From: Acidobacteriota bacterium
GTDB lineage: Bacteria > Acidobacteriota > UBA6911 > JACQSX01
Direction of reading: 5' to 3'
NCBI GenBank assembly: GCA_036507075.1
Contig: DASXQR010000090.1
Coordinates: 1-12,762, forward strand
Length of the DNA stretch: 12,762 bases
Both the position numbers and the translations under genes were made by a program. Within the stretch, counting starts at the first letter, position 1. The number at the start of each line of letters is the position of its first letter. Below, piece after piece: positions 1-5,976 of the stretch. The notes under the pieces were generated by a model, which saw only the letters and a program-made list of their open reading frames with translations, did no database searches and was not told where the DNA came from.

Positions 1-1521
1 CGCGTCGTGGGGAAAGGAGTTGAAACGGGCCGCTCCTACTGGCACGGGTATTACCTCAACGATGATTGGAAGGTAAATCGGAACCTGACGCTGAATCTCG
101 GTTTGCGCTACGAGTACGTGAGTCCGCTGGTTGACGTTCTGAACCGGCGTTCGACGTTCTACCCGCTGGTGCATGAGAACACAACCGGGGAGCGCGGCCA
201 GATCATCGTGGCAAACAGCACCGAGGCAAAGCAGCTTTTAAACCTGAGCGGTGTCGGGGCGCGGGCCGTCTATGCCCCCGACCGCAACAACTGGGCGCCC
301 CGCATCGGTCTGGCGTACTCGCTGGGGGAGAAGACAGTTCTCCGCGGCGGGTACGGGATTTTTTACACGAACTCGCAGAACTTCGTGAATAACTTTGTCA
401 TCAACCGCCGGCAGCCGCCGTTTGCCGAAACTCAGACGATCACCTCTTCGACTGCCACGCCTGAGATAGCAATTGCCAACCCGTTCGTGAATGCAAGCGC
501 GGTGCTGGTAATTGCCACTCAGAACATCAATCCCGGCTTCCGCGAAGGGTACGTCCAGCAGTGGAACTTCACGGTACAGCGCCTGCTGCCAAAAGACTTC
601 AGCGTTGAAGCAGGATACGTCGGCAGCAAGGGAACCGACCTGGGCGAGCTCAACTTTTATAATGTGCCGCACCCCGGACCCTCAGCCACTCTGCAGGCCC
701 GCCGTCCCTTTCCAGCCTGGGGGACGGCTCTGAGCCTGGACTCGTACGTTACGTCCCACTATGACTCGCTTCAGGTGAAAGCCCAGAAGCGCTCTTCGGC
801 AGGGATGGCGGTTTTGGCGGCATACACTCTCTCCAAGTCCATCGATCTCTCCAGCGAGCGCGGCAACGGCGAGCGCGGCGGCGGTTTTGACGGAAGCGGC
901 AATCCGAGAGATCCGCGCTCTTCCCGCGGGCTGTCCGGATTCGATAACAGGCACCGCCTGGCGGTAAGCTTTGTCTATGAGATCCCAGCAGGACAAGGCA
1001 AGCGTCTCGGGAGCGGCGTCGGCGTTGTGGAAGACAAGCTCATTTCGGGGTGGGAGCTGAGCGGGATTGCAACCTACCAGAGCGGCTTTCCCTTTACCGT
1101 GGTGCAGTCCGGTGACCCAAATGGGGATGGCATCGCCGACCGGCCCGATCTGATTGGCAACCCGGTAATCAATGATCGAAACCCGAACTGTTACATCGCA
1201 GACTCGCGCAACCCGGCGTGCGGCACCGGCACTGGGACGGCATTTGCCAATCTCCCGGCAGGGTCGATCCGTTTCGGCAGCGCAGGAAGGAATATTCTTA
1301 TTGGTCCCGGGCAGATAGTACACGATCTGGGAATTTCCAAGAACACGCGCTTTGGCGAACGCTACAACGTCCAGTTTCGCGCCGAGTTCTTTAACCTGTT
1401 GAATCGGGCGAATTTCAACCAGCCGAATCGGACCGTGAACATCACAAATCCCGCGTTTGGAAGCATCAACTCGGCATTCCGCCCGCGCGAGATGCAGTTT
1501 GGTTTGAAGTTCGAGTTCTAA
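1..1521 (+). CDS. TonB-dependent outer-membrane receptor, Oar-like beta-barrel; 5'-truncated by the window edge
   Basis: Frame is open from base 1. Motifs typical of acidobacterial Oar-like receptors: YYLNDDWKVNRNLTLNLGLRYE, NNWAPRIGLAY, VLRGGYGIFY, QQWNFTVQR, QFRAEFFNLLNRANF. Ends in an OMP-type aromatic C-terminus (QFGLKFEF). Confidence 0.93.
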   Translation, partial: RVVGKGVETGRSYWHGYYLNDDWKVNRNLTLNLGLRYEYVSPLVDVLNRRSTFYPLVHENTTGERGQIIVANSTEAKQLLNLSGVGARAVYAPDRNNWAPRIGLAYSLGEKTVLRGGYGIFYTNSQNFVNNFVINRRQPPFAETQTITSSTATPEIAIANPFVNASAVLVIATQNINPGFREGYVQQWNFTVQRLLPKDFSVEAGYVGSKGTDLGELNFYNVPHPGPSATLQARRPFPAWGTALSLDSYVTSHYDSLQVKAQKRSSAGMAVLAAYTLSKSIDLSSERGNGERGGGFDGSGNPRDPRSSRGLSGFDNRHRLAVSFVYEIPAGQGKRLGSGVGVVEDKLISGWELSGIATYQSGFPFTVVQSGDPNGDGIADRPDLIGNPVINDRNPNCYIADSRNPACGTGTGTAFANLPAGSIRFGSAGRNILIGPGQIVHDLGISKNTRFGERYNVQFRAEFFNLLNRANFNQPNRTVNITNPAFGSINSAFRPREMQFGLKFEF

Positions 1522-1524
1522 GTA

Positions 1525-1674
1525 TCACCACAAAGACACAAAGGACACTAAGGGGGGACGAGGAGCTGGCGGAGTCCGGTCACCTCCAGAATACTTTGCC
1601 ACTGTTCACCTTGAGACCTGACCTGACTCCGCCAGCCCCTCGTTCCCTTCGTGTCCTTTGTGTCTTTGTGGTGA
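1525..1674. repeat. 150-bp long inverted repeat (arms about 1525-1582 and 1619-1674, 36-nt loop) with CACAAAG-periodic ends
   Basis: TCACCACAAAGACACAAAGGACAC (1525-1548) is the exact reverse complement of 1651-1674. Pairing continues inward through ACGAGG, GCTGGCGGAGTC and GGTCA, with a few mismatches and a 2-nt indel. Confidence 0.95.
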
Positions 1675-3461
1675 AAAGATTCTTACTCTTTGCAATGCCT
1701 TTTGCACTGACAGGCGCCATGGCATGCCTGTCCCGCGCGCAAACGACAGAGACGCCGGTTCAGGCCGTCTGGGCCGTCAATGACGGAGAGAAGGTCAAAC
1801 GAGACGACCTGAGCAATCCCAATAAGACGATCAACTCCGCGTGGGACGGGCACAAAGTGCGTCTCTTCGGCGCACGAAACGAGATTCTGGCCTTTCAGCT
1901 GATCATTGAAGCGGGCGCGCGGGGGATCGACGCTTTATCAATCGAGCTACCCGAACTCCGGCAGCGGGGTGGCACAGCAGCCATCTTATATGGGGCGCCC
2001 GCCCGGGATCCCACCGACTACAGCGGCCGCCAGATCCAGATATTCTCAGAAAACTACATGCAAGTTTCCCGGCCCACACAGGCCAGCTGGATCTACCGTC
2101 AAAATACGCCCAGCGCTCCAGCCGACCCCACCGGCTGGAAACCGGTGCAGCTTGTTCCCGAGAATGCCAGGCAAGGGAAGGGAGGTTTCCCTCTGAAAGT
2201 TGAACCCTTTCAGAATCAGGCCATCTGGGTGGAGATTTACGCGGGTCGCAATTTGCCGCCAGGATTCTACGATGGAACCCTTTTTATAAGAGCGGATGGA
2301 GAAACGCGGACCATACCGCTGGAGCTGGAAGTCTTCAATTTCATTCTTCCCGACGAAAACAGCATCCACGCCATGATCTACTATGAAAGCCAGCAGCCCG
2401 AGCTTTACCAGGGACGCAATCTTGATGCCGAGTATCACCGCTTCGCGCATCGCCACCGGATCGAGCTTGTGAATGCCTACAGTGTCGCGTCGGCCACGGC
2501 GGCTTTGGGCCGCTTTCGCGGAGACGACTTCTCTTCCGCGCGCGGTTATGAAGGACCGGGAGAAGGCGCCGGGAACAGAATCGCTCCAGCATCCTTTTAC
2601 TCGCCCGGTACCGGGTACGATGAAAGATCGAGCGCCTGGGAAAAATCCGATGCGTGGATGACATTCCTGGACCAGTCTCTTCCGGGTGTTATTACTTTCC
2701 TATACATGCCGGATGAACCTGCACCTTCGGAATATGCGCGCATCTGGAGAATTGCCGATAACGTCCATTCCAACCCGGGACCGGGACGACGGTTGCCGAT
2801 CTTTGTCACTCGCGGCTATGTCCCGGATCTTGACGGCGCGATCGACATCTGGTGCTCCGGACCTGGCTCGTACATTATCGAGCGCGCTCTGCAGGAGAGG
2901 AGCCGCGGGCGCCAGTTTTGGATTTACAACGGAGGGCGTCCCGCCGGACCGGCCATTGTGATCGACAGTCCAGCCACCGATCCGCGCGCTACCATCTGGG
3001 CTTGCTTCAAGCACGGTATCGACGTCTATTTCTACTGGCACGCCGTGCACTGGCGCCACAATAGCCAGAAGCGTGAAGGGGACCGAAATCAGGATGTCTG
3101 GGCAAACCCCATCACCTACGACAACGGCCAGTCATTTGCCAACGGCGACGGAGTCCTCATTTATCCCGGAGAAGAAAAACTCCACCCCAACGAAGACCGC
3201 GGAGTCCCCGGGCCGTGCTCGACGATCCAACTTGGGAACTTCCGCCGGGGGCTGCAGGACCATCAGTATTTGACTCTGGCTCGCAGGCTCGGGCTGAACG
3301 CTGAAGTAAACCGTGCGCTGCAGGCCGTTGTTCCGCGGGTTTTTTCAGACGCCGGAAGCACGGTCGGTTTCGCCGAAACGGGCAACACTTTCGAGGATGC
3401 GCGCAAGGAGCTTGCCACGGCCATCGCGGCTGCGAGCGCCAGGCAACGACGACGCCCCTGA
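1671..3461 (+). CDS. Secreted DUF4091-domain protein, GH123-like putative beta-N-acetylhexosaminidase/glycoside hydrolase
   Basis: GTG at 1671 gives a signal-peptide-like start, MKRFLLFAMPFALTGAMACLSRA-Q (ATG 1695 is an alternative; TTG 1596 lies inside the hairpin loop). Motifs: N-terminal ARNEILAFQL, YMPDEP (adjacent Asp-Glu as in GH20/GH123), WIYN, and C-terminal NGDGVLIYPG plus STIQLGNFRRGLQDHQYL, which resemble DUF4091. Confidence 0.8.
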   Translation: MKRFLLFAMPFALTGAMACLSRAQTTETPVQAVWAVNDGEKVKRDDLSNPNKTINSAWDGHKVRLFGARNEILAFQLIIEAGARGIDALSIELPELRQRGGTAAILYGAPARDPTDYSGRQIQIFSENYMQVSRPTQASWIYRQNTPSAPADPTGWKPVQLVPENARQGKGGFPLKVEPFQNQAIWVEIYAGRNLPPGFYDGTLFIRADGETRTIPLELEVFNFILPDENSIHAMIYYESQQPELYQGRNLDAEYHRFAHRHRIELVNAYSVASATAALGRFRGDDFSSARGYEGPGEGAGNRIAPASFYSPGTGYDERSSAWEKSDAWMTFLDQSLPGVITFLYMPDEPAPSEYARIWRIADNVHSNPGPGRRLPIFVTRGYVPDLDGAIDIWCSGPGSYIIERALQERSRGRQFWIYNGGRPAGPAIVIDSPATDPRATIWACFKHGIDVYFYWHAVHWRHNSQKREGDRNQDVWANPITYDNGQSFANGDGVLIYPGEEKLHPNEDRGVPGPCSTIQLGNFRRGLQDHQYLTLARRLGLNAEVNRALQAVVPRVFSDAGSTVGFAETGNTFEDARKELATAIAAASARQRRRP

Positions 3462-3464
3462 TGC

Positions 3465-3668
3465 AATGCGGAATGCGGAATGCGGAATACTGTTACGTAA
3501 GTCGTTAACGCGTACTTGGTCTGGTGCCTTTGTGGTTGAAGAGAATGAACCACCAAGGCACCAAGCTAGATTTTAAACTTGGTTGCCTTTATTCCGCATT
3601 CCGCATTCCAAATTCCGGATTTCGTAATTCCGCATTCCGCATTCCTCATTCCGCATTCCAAAATCCGC
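3465..3668. repeat. Inverted 7-mer tandem arrays: (AATGCGG)x3+AAT at 3465-3488 and about 11 ATTCCGC-like units at 3591-3668
   Basis: Read directly. The two arrays are reverse complements and fill the gap between two convergent genes. Confidence 0.95.
3522..3563. repeat. Inner palindrome TGGTGCCTTTGTGGTT-N10-AACCACCAAGGCACCA nested between the 7-mer arrays
   Basis: Arms are 15/16 complementary. The arm resembles the ACCACAAAGACACAAAG end of the 1525-1674 element. Confidence 0.85.
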
Positions 3669-3686
3669 CTCAGCAACTTGCCGGCG

Positions 3687-5045
3687 TTAATAGGGCCAGG
3701 CGGTTCCATCCTGGCGGCGGATGGTCGGCCGTGAGCGGCGTACGTAGGGATATTTCTTGGCCGCCGTCTCGTTGACTTCGATCCCCAGTCCCGGCTTGTT
3801 GTTAATACTGATGTTGCCGTCGCGGAAACTGGGGACGTCGGAAAAGACTTCCCGAATCGCGTCGCCCCAACTGGCTGCGTGTTCCTGTATGCCAAAATTC
3901 GGCACGGCAAAGCTGACGTGACAATTGGCCATGTGAGCTACCGGCGAAATGTTGCCGGGTCCGTGCCAGGCGGTCAGGATTCCGTAGGGCTCACACACAG
4001 TCGCAACTTTTTTCCCTGCCGTAATACCTCCGCAGTGGACCAGATCATGGCGCACGTAATCGATCAGGTGTTCTGTGATCAGTCCCAGGCCATCCCACTG
4101 ACCGGTGTAAATTTCGCCCATCGCAACTGGAATGCTCGACTGCTGCCGGATCAGCCGAAACGAATCCAGGTGCTCCGGGCGCAGCGGGTCTTCGTAATAA
4201 AAAAGATTGTAGGGTTCGAGCGCCTTTGCGAGCCCTACCGCCTGATTGGGCGTAATCCTTTCGTGTACGTCGTGCAAAAGCTCGATCTGTTCGCCCAAAT
4301 TTTTTCGCAGGTGTTCAAAAAGTTTGGGCAGCGTGCGAACGTACGGCCCGGGCTCCCAGATTTCGCTCGGCGCTGACTCCTCATCGTAGGCCTTCTGAAT
4401 CGCCGCCCGTTGCCGCTCAGAAGGAGGGACCGCATAACCTCCTTCCATTCCCGGCGCCGACACCTGCACTTTTATCACCCGATATCCGCGCGCCATTAGT
4501 TTGCGCGCTCCTTCTTCGACTTCCTGAAAGTTGCGCCCGCCGATGCTCGTGTAAGTGAGCAGTTGGTCGCGCGCCTTTCCTCCAAGCAACTCATACACCG
4601 GTAGCCCGGCCACTTTTCCTTTGATGTCCCACAACGCCATGTCAATTCCACTGATGGCCGACATGTGCACAGAACCCGACCGGTAGTAGGGAAGAAAGAA
4701 CAAAGTCTGCCAGATATCTTCGATCCGCATCGGATTCCGCCCGAGCAATCCAGGCCTCATATGCTCTTCCAAAAACTTGGCAACTCCCAGCTCACTGCCG
4801 GAGCAGGTGGCGTCTCCCCAGCCATAAAGCCCTGCCTGATCAGTGAGCACTTTGACGAGCACATAATTGCCCAGCGCAGATTTTGCGGGATTGGTGACCA
4901 ACACCTGCAGATCAGTAATCTTTAAGCCTGCCGCCGCCGGCGCGCCGGACACGCCCTGCCCTGATGCTGTACTAAAAGAGCGAAGAGACGAACCGGCAGC
5001 TCCTGCGGCTGTAAACGCCGAGGCAAGAAAATTACGCCTTTTCAT
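3687..5045 (-). CDS. Mandelate racemase/enolase-superfamily acid-sugar dehydratase, D-mannonate dehydratase (ManD/RspA)-like subgroup, with twin-arginine signal peptide
   Basis: Motifs: MKRRNFL Tat motif, GWGDAT, AISGIDMALWDIKGK, PVYELLGGK, LLHDVHER, YEDP, MGE, WHGP, IQE, PGLGIEVNE. GGGAGAG RBS-like sequence lies just upstream of the ATG. Confidence 0.9.
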   Translation of the reverse strand: MKRRNFLASAFTAAGAAGSSLRSFSTASGQGVSGAPAAAGLKITDLQVLVTNPAKSALGNYVLVKVLTDQAGLYGWGDATCSGSELGVAKFLEEHMRPGLLGRNPMRIEDIWQTLFFLPYYRSGSVHMSAISGIDMALWDIKGKVAGLPVYELLGGKARDQLLTYTSIGGRNFQEVEEGARKLMARGYRVIKVQVSAPGMEGGYAVPPSERQRAAIQKAYDEESAPSEIWEPGPYVRTLPKLFEHLRKNLGEQIELLHDVHERITPNQAVGLAKALEPYNLFYYEDPLRPEHLDSFRLIRQQSSIPVAMGEIYTGQWDGLGLITEHLIDYVRHDLVHCGGITAGKKVATVCEPYGILTAWHGPGNISPVAHMANCHVSFAVPNFGIQEHAASWGDAIREVFSDVPSFRDGNISINNKPGLGIEVNETAAKKYPYVRRSRPTIRRQDGTAWPY

Positions 5046-5121
5046 AGAATCTCTCCCGGGGAAGGAATAATAACTACCACATTTTCGAGCTTGGCCGGGA
5101 AAGAGACTTCAACACAGAGGC

Positions 5122-5288
5122 ACAGCCCGGCCGTAGGCCGCAACCAAATGCGTCATCGGTCATCGGTCATTAGTCATTAGTTAAGGAAATCGCTAACAGG
5201 GTTACACAGCTATGGCTGTCTAAAATCGTCGCAGAATGAAAAGAAACTCGGGGTTAGTAGTACAGCCCGGCCGTAGGCCGCAACCAAA
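5122..5288 (+). repeat. Two identical 27-bp direct repeats ACAGCCCGGCCGTAGGCCGCAACCAAA (5122-5148 and 5262-5288)
   Basis: Exact copies 140 bp apart. Each has a CGGCC-GTA-GGCCG hairpin followed by CAACCAA. Confidence 0.95.
5152..5182 (+). repeat. 7-mer tandem array GTCATCG x2, GTCATTA x2, GTT
   Basis: Read directly, starting 3 nt after the first 27-bp repeat. Confidence 0.9.
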
Positions 5289-5292
5289 AAGC

Positions 5293-5380
5293 CGTCCACG
5301 AAAACGTCAACGACCACGGTTAACGTTTACGCGCACGAGCACGACAACCTCCACGTTCGGCGTTCGCGAGCACGGGCACG
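5293..5380 (+). repeat. Degenerate 6-mer array (CGnnnA, about 14 units), with reverse-orientation CGTGGN units at 5431-5455 and 5845-5859
   Basis: CGTCCA CGAAAA CGTCAA CGACCA CGGTTAA CGTTTA CGCGCA CGAGCA CGACAA ... CGAGCA CGGGCA CG: ACG recurs about every 6 nt. Confidence 0.8.
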
Positions 5381-5520
5381 CAGTGGCCGTAAGGCCACAA
5401 CCAAGCTGATCGGATAAAACGGCGCGTCCCCGTGGACGTTGGACGTGGTCGTGCAAGTGCTACCGAACCGTGAGTTCTGGTTTTTTTAACCACATTTTTC
5501 ATTACACGTTAGGAAGCGGA

Positions 5521-5542
5521 GAGACGGCCTGAGGGCCGTCTC
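5521..5542. other. Perfect 9-bp-stem hairpin GAGACGGCC-TGAG-GGCCGTCTC
   Basis: Read directly. No U-tract follows it. Confidence 0.7.
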
Positions 5543-5544
5543 CA

Positions 5545-5780
5545 GACCGCGCAGCGGTCAAGGAGAGTAGCCGGGGGCAAGCGCGTCTTTTGCGCGCCGC
5601 CCCCGGCCGCGTCCCCCAATCAGGAGCGACCCTGAAAGGGTCGAAGAGCGGCGGGGTGACGGCGATCTTGAAAACGGTTCCGGCACCCTTTCAGGGTGCG
5701 CCGGTTGGGGGAAGCTCACCGGGGGCGGCGCGCAAAAAACGCGCTTGCCCCCGGCCACTCTATTTGACGCTTTCAGCGTC
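5545..5780. repeat. REP-like composite inverted repeat; each arm carries three hairpins
   Basis: 43-bp arms 5564-5606 and 5719-5761 differ at 2 positions. ACCCTGAAAGGGT (5629-5641) is the reverse complement of 5685-5697. Terminal hairpins lie at 5545-5559 and 5766-5780. Confidence 0.9.
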
Positions 5781-5938
5781 CAGACCGGCAATTCAATACT
5801 CTGAGTCTCCTTTTTGGTTGTGGCCTTACGGCCACTGTAGGAGACGTGGTCGTGGACGTCACTGCTGTCCAGGCGACAGCAGGGATGGTGTGTACTGAAT
5901 CGCCACGGACAAGCACCGCAGTTTTGCCAGTGCGCTTA

Positions 5939-5965
5939 TGGTAGATTACGTAGAACACTTGTTCT
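5939..5965 (+). promoter_or_regulatory. Candidate extended -10 (TGGTAGATT) followed by palindromic operator AGAACA-CT-TGTTCT upstream of the TonB-dependent receptor
   Basis: TGn+TAGATT at 5939-5947, palindrome at 5952-5965, G-rich RBS at 5966-5971, ATG at 5977. Confidence 0.35.
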
Positions 5966-5976
5966 GGGGGGTGTCT

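Larger units (their letters stand above)
5381..5837. mobile_element. 457-bp non-coding MITE-like element bounded by perfect 24-bp inverted repeats CAGTGGCCGTAAGGCCACAACCAA
   Basis: 5381-5404 is the exact reverse complement of 5814-5837. No credible ORF inside. Mobility is inferred, and no clear target duplication was seen. Confidence 0.6.

Noticed and set aside
1596..1670. N-terminal extension of the DUF4091 protein from TTG 1596
   Set aside because: Lies in the inverted repeat (LRVLCVFVV is the repeat translation) and precedes a good signal peptide.
3493..3510. Short palindromes TTACGTAA and CGTTAACG
   Set aside because: 8-bp palindromes are too short to support a function.
3263..3910. ORFs with SAFRIPHS / MRNAECG peptide repeats
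   Set aside because: Artefacts of reading the 7-mer array; several overlap real genes.
5122..5404. CRISPR array (27-bp hairpin repeats)
   Set aside because: Only two identical copies plus a variant. Spacers are ~90-115 bp and are themselves repeats, a fourth copy is inverted, and no cas genes are present.
5046..5976. tRNA, riboswitch or known ncRNA
   Set aside because: No cloverleaf or recognisable riboswitch consensus seen. The structure is explained by DNA-level inverted repeats, but an Rfam search was not run.
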